Below are positions 12,288 to 22,575 of a stretch of DNA of 64,000 bases, piece after piece. Numbering within the stretch: position 1 is the first letter of the stretch; each line of letters starts with the position of its first letter. The position numbers and the translations under genes were made by a program. Source of the DNA: Steroidobacteraceae bacterium (GTDB lineage Bacteria > Pseudomonadota > Gammaproteobacteria > Steroidobacterales > Steroidobacteraceae); assembly GCA_036008385.1 (NCBI GenBank), contig DASYNX010000082.1:15867-79866 (forward strand). Reading direction: 5' to 3'. The notes under the pieces are model-generated. The model was not told where the DNA came from, did no database searches, and saw only the letters and a list, made by a program, of their open reading frames with translations.

Positions 12288-12961
12288 CCTGCGACGACGC
12301 GCGCCTCTCGATCGGGGCGGAGCCGGGCTCCACCGGTCCCGCACTGGAGGAGCACCTGCTTGCCTGCCCGGCCTGCAGGCAATTCCGCGAGGAAATGCGT
12401 GCCCTCGACGGTAATATCCGTCGGGCGCTGGAGCACGCGCCGGAACCGCTGACGGCGCAACGTCGCACAGCGCCGGCGGTGTGGCGGCAATGGGCGCTGG
12501 CGGCGAGCGTGGCGCTTGCCATGTTCGCGGCGCTGGCGGTCTGGGTGCTGCGGCCGAGCGACACGCTGGCGCGCGACGTAGTGGCGCATGTGCAGGCCGA
12601 GCCGGAGAGCTGGCTCGCCACGCAGCACGTGGACGCCCAGGCCATCGAGGCGGCACTGCGCGGTGCGGGCGTTGAGCTCAACATCACTTCCAACCGGATC
12701 AGCTACGCGCAGAGCTGCTGGTTCCGCGGTCACTACGTCCCGCATCTGGTCGTGAATACGACACAGGGCCCCGCCACGGTGATAATCCTGAAGCACGAAC
12801 AGGTGAGCGCGCGCCACACCTTCCACGAGGCGGGGATGAGCGGTGTCATCGTGCCGGCGGGCGCGGGCAGCATCGCGGTGCTCACGCGTGGCGGCGGCAA
12901 CGTCGACCAGATCGCCGGGCAGATGGAGCAGGACGTGCGCTGGCTGCCGAAAACGTCCTGA
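12284..12961 (+). CDS. anti-sigma factor (zf-HC2 N-terminus, DUF3379-like)
   Basis: 225 aa. HxxxCxxC motif is EEHLLACPACRQF, followed by one TM helix (WALAASVALAMFAALAVWVL) and a periplasmic domain. Translationally coupled to the ECF sigma gene. Confidence 0.8.
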   Translation: MTCDDARLSIGAEPGSTGPALEEHLLACPACRQFREEMRALDGNIRRALEHAPEPLTAQRRTAPAVWRQWALAASVALAMFAALAVWVLRPSDTLARDVVAHVQAEPESWLATQHVDAQAIEAALRGAGVELNITSNRISYAQSCWFRGHYVPHLVVNTTQGPATVIILKHEQVSARHTFHEAGMSGVIVPAGAGSIAVLTRGGGNVDQIAGQMEQDVRWLPKTS

Positions 12962-12984
12962 GGCAAGCCGGCGCTACCCCGGTG

Positions 12985-14883
12985 TCAGGATCCGGGCGCG
13001 CCCGCCAGCGGCAGCGTTAGCCGGCTGGCATGGCCGCTGTCGTGGAAGATGCGGATGTGGGCTACCCGTGCGTCCGCGGGGTTCTCATAGCCTATGCGGC
13101 CGCCGGTGTTGTAGTTCTTCTGGTAGCTCGGGGAGTTGAGCGGTGCGAGCACCAGGCGCAGTCGTGCTCCCGCCGGTATGCGCCAGGCGACCCAGTGGAA
13201 CTCGAACGGGATGCGCACCGTCTCGCCCGGCTTGAGCAGCTCCTCGCGGAACGGCCCGTCGCGGAAACGGGCGCGACGCATGTCCTGGCCGAGCTGCACG
13301 ACGGAGCCATCGGGCTTGACCAGCATCACCTGGGCCCACAGATCGAAGTCCGGGGTGTCGGCCGCACACACGAGATCGAGCCTCAGGTGCCCGGCGATCT
13401 CGGTATCCCGGACGAACGGCTCGGAGTGAAACACCAGGGCGCGCTTCTGCAGCGCGCGAAACTGGCTCGTCAGACCCTCGTCCGCGACGTACTTCGCGAC
13501 CTCGAGCTCCGGAAGCTCGTGCGGATCGCTGACCATCTGCGCCGGCGGCTCCGTTCCCGCAGCGTGTGCGCTCAGGTGGCCGGAGTGAAACAGGTCCCCG
13601 GGGGTGCCCTCGGGCGCGGACAGGCTGAGCGTCAGCTCCCCGCCGGAGGAGGCGCCGGCGAGCGTGCCGGCGTAGCGCCACTCGTCGGCTCCCATCATGA
13701 AGTAGGCAACCTTGTCGCGGAAAAACGCCGGCAGCGGGCCGCGCCCGAGCGCCCAGTCGTACCAATCGAGATGCAGCTTCTTCATGTCGATGACGGCGGC
13801 ATCGGGAATGGTCAGGCCCTCGACGTCCTTCGCCGGCGACTGCGTACCGCCATGGTCCCAGGGGCCGATCACGAGGTAGTGCTTCGCCACAGCAAGGGTG
13901 GGCGCGCCTGCGATGTGATTGCGGTAGTAACGCAGCGCGCCCGGCTGATCGTCGTCGAAGAACCCGGTGGCGGTGAGCACCGGGAAGCTCATGGCGGCGT
14001 AGGCCGGCGGCTTCGGCTCGGCAGCCAGGTTGAAAGTCTCGTCGCCGACATGGTCGAGCCAGGCCGTCATTATCGGTACCCGACGGCCGTCCTCAATCAT
14101 CCACCAGTCGTCGGGAGCGATCCCCTCCGCGTGATCGAGCTCGCCGAACGGTCGCTGCGCGGCGTACTGCTCGAGCATCTTGCCGAACCAGTAGTCCCGG
14201 TTGGCGATGAAGGCGGGATTGAGCGCGCGCCCGGAGGTGTATCCGAGGATGACGGCGGTCCAGGCCTGCGGGATGCCGTTGGTGTTGGGGACGTCCCAAC
14301 CGGGATAGATCGACACATAAGGCGCGATCGCCGTGAGGTGGGGCGGATGCTGCGCGGCCGTGCGCCACTGCGTCATGCCGACGTACGAGCCGCCGTACAT
14401 CGCAACCTGGCCGTTACTCCAGGGTTGCTGCGCGATCCACTCGACGACGTCGTAGCCGTCGCGGCCCACCTGCAGGCCGAGGTTATCGCTCTTCACCCCG
14501 CCGGAGCGGCAGCGGCCGCGTACGCACGCTTGCACGAACACGTAGCCATGGCGCGCGAAGTAAGGTGGCTCGCCGCGGCGGCTGCCGTCGATGTCGTACT
14601 GCGTCAGTGTCAAGATGGCCGGCGCCCGGGCTTTCAAATCCGACGGCCGGGTGATCCACGCCTCCAGCTCGACGCCATCGCGCATCGGGATCATGCGGCT
14701 GAGCTCGATGTCATAGCCCGGCCCGACGTTGGTCGCCGGGGCGGCCGGCGCGGCGGTCAGCCCCACGGTCGCTACCGTGGCCAGCGCCAGCGCCGCCGCG
14801 CCGACACGCGCGCCACGCAGCCACGGCCGGCCGCGCATGGCGGGCGCGCGCGGCTCAGGTGTCGTCGCAGTTTGCCGCTTCAT
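12985..14883 (-). CDS. CocE/NonD-family hydrolase (S15 X-Pro dipeptidyl-peptidase fold), secreted
   Basis: ORF 12985..14919. IPMRDGVELEAWITRP..., nucleophile elbow GGSYVGMTQW and a C-terminal beta-sandwich domain. Start placed at MKRQT ahead of the signal peptide (alternative start at 14919). Confidence 0.85.
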   Translation of the reverse strand: MKRQTATTPEPRAPAMRGRPWLRGARVGAAALALATVATVGLTAAPAAPATNVGPGYDIELSRMIPMRDGVELEAWITRPSDLKARAPAILTLTQYDIDGSRRGEPPYFARHGYVFVQACVRGRCRSGGVKSDNLGLQVGRDGYDVVEWIAQQPWSNGQVAMYGGSYVGMTQWRTAAQHPPHLTAIAPYVSIYPGWDVPNTNGIPQAWTAVILGYTSGRALNPAFIANRDYWFGKMLEQYAAQRPFGELDHAEGIAPDDWWMIEDGRRVPIMTAWLDHVGDETFNLAAEPKPPAYAAMSFPVLTATGFFDDDQPGALRYYRNHIAGAPTLAVAKHYLVIGPWDHGGTQSPAKDVEGLTIPDAAVIDMKKLHLDWYDWALGRGPLPAFFRDKVAYFMMGADEWRYAGTLAGASSGGELTLSLSAPEGTPGDLFHSGHLSAHAAGTEPPAQMVSDPHELPELEVAKYVADEGLTSQFRALQKRALVFHSEPFVRDTEIAGHLRLDLVCAADTPDFDLWAQVMLVKPDGSVVQLGQDMRRARFRDGPFREELLKPGETVRIPFEFHWVAWRIPAGARLRLVLAPLNSPSYQKNYNTGGRIGYENPADARVAHIRIFHDSGHASRLTLPLAGAPGS

Positions 14884-15005
14884 TGTGATACGCATGGCCG
14901 AGCGCGGCAGTTTACACACGTTATGTTCCCTTGCCGGTTTGATTGCCGCGCAGCGCGCGCATACGCTCTCCCCCTGACCGCAGACATCGCAGGAGCGTTT
15001 CCCCC

Positions 15006-15437
15006 ATGATGCGCATTCAAGGACCGAACCTCGCTGCCGTCGTGCTCCTGCTCGCGGGCTGCTCGACGTCCTCGCATGTACTGATCGGCACCCCGCGCCC
15101 GCCGATCTCCCCGGAAAGCGTCCGGGTCTATCTGCAGCCCCCGCCGCACTACGAGCAGATCGCCACGATCAGCGGCACGAGCCAGGGATCCCTGGCTCTC
15201 ACCGGCCAGCAGAACATGGACAAGGCGATCGAGCGGATGAAACAGGAAGCCGCGAAGCTCGGCGCCAACGGCATCCTGTTGCAGGGCGTCCAGGACGTCC
15301 AGTCGGGCTCCGTCGGCACCGGGGTCGGCAACTCGAGCGTCAGCGGCAACAGCGCCACCGGCGTCGGCGTCGGTGGATCCTTCGGGCTCTACAGCAAGGC
15401 GGCGAGCGGCATTGCGATCTACGTGCCGCCGGAGTGA
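15006..15437 (+). CDS. small lipoprotein, function unknown
   Basis: Within ORF 14943..15437. MMRIQGPNLAAVVLLLAGCS carries a lipobox. Gly/Ser-rich C-terminus. No family confidently recognised. Confidence 0.6.
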   Translation: MMRIQGPNLAAVVLLLAGCSTSSHVLIGTPRPPISPESVRVYLQPPPHYEQIATISGTSQGSLALTGQQNMDKAIERMKQEAAKLGANGILLQGVQDVQSGSVGTGVGNSSVSGNSATGVGVGGSFGLYSKAASGIAIYVPPE

Positions 15438-15516
15438 GGCCGGCTGCGCGACCCGCCGGGTGCGGCGGAGTGGATGACCCAGTTACGTTGTCTCCGGTTT
15501 CCTGCGGAACGCGATC

Positions 15517-16161
15517 ATGAGCCCCTTCCCCGACGACATCTTCACCGAGCAGACCGCCGATGCTGACACGCTAGCTAATCTCGGCCCGCTGCGGCGACTG
15601 GCCGGCATCTGGGAAAGCAGCGCCGGTGTGGACATCAATCCCAAGCCCGAGGGGCCGCAACGGCGCGAGTATCGCGAGCGCATCGAGTTGCAGCCGATCG
15701 ACGCGCAAGCCAACGGGCCGCAGCTGTTCTATGGCCTGCGCTACCACACGCGCATCCTCGCAAGTGACGAACAGGCCACCTTTCACGACCAGACCGGCTA
15801 CTGGCTGTGGGAGCCGGCCACCGGACTGGTGCTACAGACGCTGTCCATCCCGCGCGGCCAGGTGGCCATCGCCGCCGGCCACGCCTCACCCGACGCCACC
15901 GAGCTGGTGCTGACGGCGAAGCGCGGACAGACCGACTACGGCATCTGCTCGACGTCCTTCCTCGAGTACGCCTTTTGCACCGAGTCCTATCGCATCGAGG
16001 TCGTCTTCAATCCCGACGGCAGCTGGAGTTATGTGCTCGACACGATGCTGGCGGTGCGCGGCCGCGAGGAGCTCTTCCAGCATCGTGATCGCAACACGCT
16101 GATCAAGGTTGCGGAGCCGACGCCTAACCCGCTGCTGCTGCTGCGCCGCGCTTCCTCCTGA
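15517..16161 (+). CDS. nitrobindin/FABP-like heme-binding beta-barrel protein (DUF1794-like)
   Basis: 214 aa. LGPLRRLAGIWESSAGVDINP matches the L..L.G.W.G.G opening of THAP4/nitrobindin-type barrels. Family assignment is from memory only. Confidence 0.5.
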   Translation: MSPFPDDIFTEQTADADTLANLGPLRRLAGIWESSAGVDINPKPEGPQRREYRERIELQPIDAQANGPQLFYGLRYHTRILASDEQATFHDQTGYWLWEPATGLVLQTLSIPRGQVAIAAGHASPDATELVLTAKRGQTDYGICSTSFLEYAFCTESYRIEVVFNPDGSWSYVLDTMLAVRGREELFQHRDRNTLIKVAEPTPNPLLLLRRASS

Positions 16162-16906
16162 CCGCTCGCGGAACGGAACGGGACACCAGCGTCACGCTCA
16201 CCGGCTGCAGGTAGAAGGCGTACTGGGCTAGACAGAGACGCAGGAAATTCCGCGCATTGTATCCGCAGTGGCGTAACAGCGAACGGTGCGTCAACCACAC
16301 TGCGATCGCTGTGCCCGCGAAGAAAGCGCGGTGAGCCAAACGCAGCAGGGTGCGCGCCGGCGCGGCGCGGCGCGCACGCAAGGCGAGCAGCAGCTGAGAC
16401 TCGAATCCGATGTGGGCGAGCTCATCGGAGACCAGGGTGCGGCACAACACCTTCAGGCGCTGGCAACCGGTGGCGCACTCGAGCGCGCGGTAGTACACGT
16501 TGCCGATCAACTCGGCGCTGATGAGCACGTACAGGTACAGCTCCAGACCCGCGAGTCGTCGCACGCGCCGGAACACCCGATCGGTCCAGTCGCTGCTCTT
16601 GAGCGGAATCTGATGATCCTCCATGAACGTCCGCAGCAATGCCGCATGCCGCTGCTCCTCGCGGATGAACAACTCCGTGATCCGAACCACCGCGGGGGTC
16701 CGGTGCAGGCGCGCGAAGCGCTCCGCCGCGCGCAGCAGTGAGCCGCCCTCGGACTGTTCACCGAGCTGAAAGGTCGCGATTGAGCTGGCGATGAGCCGCC
16801 GCTCAGCGGGTGGCAGGGAGTCGGACAGACCGCGCGGAATGCAACGCGGATGCTCAGCGTGGTATTCAAAGTGATTCAGCCAGATCTGCAGATCATCGGG
16901 AAACAT
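16124..16906 (-). CDS. ferritin-like di-iron carboxylate protein, function unknown
   Basis: 260 aa with two E...ExxH pairs (FIREEQRHA and VSDELAHIG, plus upstream E residues), as in di-iron oxygenase/ferritin-like folds. Its 3' end overlaps the convergent gene by 38 nt. Confidence 0.6.
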   Translation of the reverse strand: MFPDDLQIWLNHFEYHAEHPRCIPRGLSDSLPPAERRLIASSIATFQLGEQSEGGSLLRAAERFARLHRTPAVVRITELFIREEQRHAALLRTFMEDHQIPLKSSDWTDRVFRRVRRLAGLELYLYVLISAELIGNVYYRALECATGCQRLKVLCRTLVSDELAHIGFESQLLLALRARRAAPARTLLRLAHRAFFAGTAIAVWLTHRSLLRHCGYNARNFLRLCLAQYAFYLQPVSVTLVSRSVPRAVRRKRGAAAAAG

Positions 16907-17096
16907 GCCGGGATCCTCCTGTGCTGCACGAAACAGCGTGCGAGCACATTCGGATGACGCGGTGGCGCGATCAGGGCAGATTGTGGCAGCGCTGCTGCTG
17001 CGCGAGAGCCTCCGGTTCGACGTTGCCGAGAACCACCTTCATCCCTTCGCTGGCAAACCGCTCTGGACGGGCGACGCTCCGTGTTGGTAGTTGGAA

Positions 17097-17412
17097 TGGG
17101 CCCGGTAGGATTCGAACCTACGACCAAGGGATTCACTCTGCCCCGGCGTTTCCGCCGGGAGTGGACTATCTCTTCACCCGCGCACGTGGTCGCGTGCGTG
17201 TGGGTGCGGGATGCTCCAGCCTGTCATCAAGGGCACTCGAGCCCTCAGGTAGTCTCTGCACCTTCCGCCGGTGTACCGGCGGCTCGGCTCAGGGTTGCCA
17301 TGGGCAGGATTCCCGAAGGTTTCCCTGAATTCATCCCGTCCACTTCGCGCGTTTCCGCGTGAAGGCACCTTTGTCGATGAGTCCCCTGCACTAACCGCTG
17401 TGCTACAGGCCC
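17097..17412 (-). tRNA. tRNA-Ile(CAU) (lysidine-type tRNA-Ile2) interrupted by a group I intron
   Basis: Exon 1 (17412-17377) is GGGCCTG TA GCAC AGCGGTTA GTGC A GGGGA CTCAT. Exon 2 (17133-17097) is AA TCCCT TGGTC GTAGG TTCGAAT CCTAC CGGGCCC A. Joined, they give a 73-nt cloverleaf with a 7-bp acceptor, CAU anticodon, G1:C72, C4:G69, C5:G68, a G27-U43 wobble and a UGGUC variable loop, as in E. coli ileX. CCA is not encoded. Confidence 0.85.
17134..17376 (-). ncRNA. group I self-splicing intron (IC3-like, no ORF) in the tRNA anticodon loop
   Basis: 243 nt inserted right after anticodon CAT. An internal guide GTG 8 nt into the intron can pair with exon CAU (G-U at the splice site). The intron ends in G (17134). 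It contains GTGCCTT..., GAAA tetraloops, ATGGCAAC, GAGCC and GAAGGTGCAGAGACTA, which parallel my recollection of the Azoarcus tRNA-Ile intron (GUGCCUUGCG...AUGGCAACGCCGAGCC...GAAGGUGUAGAGACUA). Confidence 0.8.
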
Positions 17413-17885
17413 AACGACGCGATTGTAGCAGTCGGTCGTGCGCTCAGTTGCCCGGCGCAGCGGGCTCTTGCGGCTGGGTCTGGAATATCGGGCCGCCCTG
17501 GTGCGTGAAGTAGACCTTGCCCTGGCTGCGCGCGATGTAGATGCACGACGTATCCGCCCAAGGCGAAGTCACGGACGGTGAAGATGTCGGCTTCGTCGGC
17601 GCCGTTCACTCCGATGAATCTCGCACCAGAACCCACAGCATGCAGACCGAGAGACTCGAGGGCCGGGCGCCACAGCGTGCTCTTGGCGGCACCGGTATCC
17701 ACCAGCATTTGTGCGGCATGTCCGTCGATGGAGACGGCTGCCAGCGGCTCGTTGTGGGTCGTTGTGACGCTCAGCTCGCCGATCTTCAGGAGCTGGCACG
17801 CGCCCTTGGCCGCCATGACGGGCTCGCCTGCGAGCGTGAGAGCGGATATAGCCGCAGCTCCGATCCATGCCCTGAGACCCCTCAC
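17403..17885 (-). CDS. retropepsin-like (clan AA) aspartic protease, secreted; the 3' third is probably frameshifted
   Basis: 160-aa ORF with a signal peptide and the active-site motif LVDTGAAKST. After ~GGYVV the called frame becomes R/P/A-rich junk and runs 10 nt into the tRNA. The +1 frame reads CIYIARSQGKVYFTHQGGPIFQTQPQEPAAPGN and stops at 17444. Confidence 0.55.
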   Translation of the reverse strand: MRGLRAWIGAAAISALTLAGEPVMAAKGACQLLKIGELSVTTTHNEPLAAVSIDGHAAQMLVDTGAAKSTLWRPALESLGLHAVGSGARFIGVNGADEADIFTVRDFALGGYVVHLHRAQPGQGLLHAPGRPDIPDPAARARCAGQLSARPTATIASLGL

Positions 17886-18190
17886 ACGCCCCCCGGACCG
17901 CTGATCAATAGCGAATCAACGGACGGCTCTCGTTGGAGCTGCGCCCCTTGGAGCTGCGCCGCGAGAAGGCTTCCTCGAGCGTGCCCTGGAACCAGGAAAT
18001 CTCGCTCGCGCCGCGCCGGTGGGAAGGGCAGCCGGGGGCCTGTGATGTTGTCCCGGACGACGGCGTCAGCGGTCGCGCGCTGCACGAGCGCGGACTGCGG
18101 ACCGGGAACAGGCTCGGGCTGCCTCTTGCCCCGACAGCCGTCCAGCATGAGCGCCACGGCCAGTGCCGCCGTAAGCCAAAGCGACCTCAT
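17882..18190 (-). CDS. small putative lipoprotein, function unknown
   Basis: Internal Met of antisense-looking ORF 17882..18613. MRSLWLTAALAVALMLDGC is a signal plus lipobox-like Cys, preceded by AAGGGGG. GTGA overlap with the retropepsin-like gene start. Contains a direct repeat encoding AQLQGAQLQ. Confidence 0.45.
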   Translation of the reverse strand: MRSLWLTAALAVALMLDGCRGKRQPEPVPGPQSALVQRATADAVVRDNITGPRLPFPPARRERDFLVPGHARGSLLAAQLQGAQLQREPSVDSLLISGPGGV

Positions 18191-18295
18191 GGCAGGTACC
18201 CCCTTGCCATCGCCGGCGGCAACGTTAGCATGGCCCTCCCGCCGCGGATACGTCGTTGTCCGCCGCGGAGATGAGCCGAGGAAGGAGACCGCATC

Positions 18296-18898
18296 ATGAA
18301 GCTCTACTATCGTCCCGCCGCCTGCTCGCTGGCGTCGAACATCGCGCTGCGCGAAGCGGGACTGAAATTCGAGCTGGTCAAGGTCGACCGCCGCACCAAG
18401 AAGGCCGCCGACGGGCTGGACTTCAACGAGGTGAACCCCAAGGGGTACGTACCCGCGCTGACCCTCGATAACGGCGAGGTGTTGACGGAGAACGTTGCGG
18501 TGCTGCAATACATCGCCGACCGCAACCCTGCGGCGAAGCTGGCGCCGCCGGCGGGCACGATGGAGCGCTACCGTCTGATGGAATGGCTCAGCTTCATCAA
18601 CTCCGAGGTGCACAAGGGGTTCTCGCCCCTGTTCCGCGACGATGCCTCAGAGGACGTCAAGCAATTCACGCGCATGAACCTGCAGGGTCGCCTCGACTAT
18701 CTCGAGCGCATCCTCGGCGGCCGGACTTTCCTCATGGGCGAGCAGTTCACCGTCGCCGACGCCTACCTGTTCGCGGTGGCGAGCTGGGGCAGACACGTCA
18801 AAGTCGACCTCGGTCCCGCGCTGCAGCGCTACGTGGAGCGTGTAGGCCAGCGCCCACACGTGATCGAGGCGCTCACGACGGAAGGGCTGGTCAAATGA
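18296..18898 (+). CDS. gstA: glutathione S-transferase GstA
   Basis: 200 aa. MKLYYRPAACSLASNIALREAGLKFELVKVD...VNPKGYVPAL...VLQYIAD...EWLSFINSEVHKGFSPLF is collinear with E. coli GstA. GAAGGAG RBS. Confidence 0.9.
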   Translation: MKLYYRPAACSLASNIALREAGLKFELVKVDRRTKKAADGLDFNEVNPKGYVPALTLDNGEVLTENVAVLQYIADRNPAAKLAPPAGTMERYRLMEWLSFINSEVHKGFSPLFRDDASEDVKQFTRMNLQGRLDYLERILGGRTFLMGEQFTVADAYLFAVASWGRHVKVDLGPALQRYVERVGQRPHVIEALTTEGLVK

Positions 18899-18992
18899 TG
18901 CCGGGCCAGCGCTTCGGAAGCAGGCGGCCGGTGATCGTCGGCCGTTTGCTGTTACCATCGGCGCGTGCAGCCCTGGGATGCGAGAGGACGCA

Positions 18993-19196
18993 ATGGCTAC
19001 CAAACTCAACAAGCAGCTCAAGCGCGAAATCGACGTGGACGGCAAACCGTACATGATCACGCTCTCACCGGAGGGCGTGAAGCTGACCGAGAAGGGCAAG
19101 CGGCTCGGGCGCGAGCACACCTGGAAATCGCTGCTGGGCGTGGAGGGTGGCGCCGCGGCGCCGGCCGCCGGCTCGTCCTTCGGCGAGCTGAGCTGA
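18993..19196 (+). CDS. hypothetical small protein
   Basis: MATKLNKQLKREIDVDGKPYMITLSPEGVKLTEKGKRLGREHTWKSLL... within ORF 18978..19196. Globular-looking composition. No family recognised. Confidence 0.45.
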   Translation: MATKLNKQLKREIDVDGKPYMITLSPEGVKLTEKGKRLGREHTWKSLLGVEGGAAAPAAGSSFGELS

Positions 19197-19222
19197 CCCC
19201 GCCCGACCAGGGACCCGTGGCG

Positions 19223-19483
19223 ATGACTCAGGAGAGCCTGCGCGAGCTGCTCGCCCGGGTGCACGAGCGCCTGAGCGTCAGCGGCGGGGCGCTCGATGCG
19301 GAGTCGCGGGCGCTGCTCGGCGCGGTGATGCGCGACATCGAGCGCCTCGACCCCGGCGCGGCGGCTGCGGCGGCGCACGCGCCGCGACTGGAATCGCTCG
19401 CGGTGAGATTCGAGGCCGGGCATCCGGGACTGGCAGAAGCGCTGCGGGAAGTCATCGACGCGCTCGGCAAGGCCGGAATCTAA
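19223..19483 (+). CDS. DUF4404-family protein
   Basis: MTQESLRELLARVHERL...LESLAVRFEAGHPGLAEALREVIDALGKAGI. Helical repeat pattern and C-terminal motif are typical of DUF4404. Internal Met of ORF 18965..19483. Confidence 0.6.
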   Translation: MTQESLRELLARVHERLSVSGGALDAESRALLGAVMRDIERLDPGAAAAAAHAPRLESLAVRFEAGHPGLAEALREVIDALGKAGI

Positions 19484-19558
19484 CGTGGCCTGATCAACCG
19501 ATTGTTTGCCGTCCCGCGACCGGGAGCGGCATACCTTCGCTGGCCGCTCGAGGGGACG

Positions 19559-20278
19559 GTGGCGAATAGCCCTGAAAGATCTCCGGTCTTCTATGCGCGG
19601 GTCGCAGGGTGCATCTACCTGGTTGCGATGGCCTTAGGGATCTTCAGTCAATCATTCGTTCTGGGGCGCATGGTGGAAGACGATGCGGCGGCAACGGCGC
19701 ACAACATCGTAGCTGCCGAGGGCCTCTTTCGGCTTGGCATCGCCATCGATGTGATCACGTTTGTAAGCGACGTCGTAATCGCCTGGGCGCTGTACGAATT
19801 GCTCAAGTTCGTGGACAAGAGTCTCGCCTTGCTTGGCGCATTCCTGCGAATTGCCGATGGAGCCATCCTCGCCGTCGTTACACTGAACGGGCTCATCACC
19901 CTGCGGCTGTTGAGCGGTGTTGGCTACCTTCACGGATTCGATACGAATCAGTTGCAGGGACTTGCGAGATTGTTTGTCAGCGCGCGTGGCCTCGGTTTCT
20001 ATATCGGCTTCGTATTTCTGGGGCTCGGGTCGGCGGTATTCGCCTACCTGCTGCTGAAATCGCGCTACGTACCCGCGATACTGCCGGCGTGGGGCATCTT
20101 AGCGTCGCTGCTGTTGGCGATCGGGTCGCTTGCCGTGATTTTCTCGCCCTGGTTCGCGGGCAACGCTGCGATGGCCTACATGGTCCCGATGTTCTTCTAC
20201 GAAGTGCCGCTCGGCCTGTGGTTCCTGATCAGGGGTGTCAGGTCCCCCACGAGGCAGGCAGCACTCACAGCCGACTGA
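19559..20278 (+). CDS. DUF4386-family membrane protein
   Basis: Frame of ORF 19502..20278. ARVAGCIYLVAMALGIFSQSF...IVAAEGLFRLGIAIDVITFVSDVVIAWALYELLK is typical of DUF4386. Start uncertain: GTG at 19559 with GAGG upstream, versus TTG at 19502. Confidence 0.7.
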   Translation: MANSPERSPVFYARVAGCIYLVAMALGIFSQSFVLGRMVEDDAAATAHNIVAAEGLFRLGIAIDVITFVSDVVIAWALYELLKFVDKSLALLGAFLRIADGAILAVVTLNGLITLRLLSGVGYLHGFDTNQLQGLARLFVSARGLGFYIGFVFLGLGSAVFAYLLLKSRYVPAILPAWGILASLLLAIGSLAVIFSPWFAGNAAMAYMVPMFFYEVPLGLWFLIRGVRSPTRQAALTAD

Positions 20279-20311
20279 CGGAAGTACCGCAGCGCTGGCG
20301 CGCCGCGCGCG

Positions 20312-22456
<2,145 letters not shown>

Positions 22457-22575
22457 GTGTCGGGGTGTGCTGCGGGCCTGAAGTGCTCTATCTGCTGCCG
22501 GGAGCCGAGCAGCTCAAGGGGCGAAAGGCAAAGCTCGCAAGTTTATTTGACTCCGGTTAAATCACCAAATCGATA

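Noticed and set aside
17081-17362. A 93-aa plus-strand ORF (and 16810..17328) overlapping the tRNA intron, considered as a possible homing endonuclease.
   Set aside because: It is on the wrong strand relative to the intron. It has no LAGLIDADG, GIY-YIG or HNH motifs. The intron is only 243 nt, so it is ORF-less.
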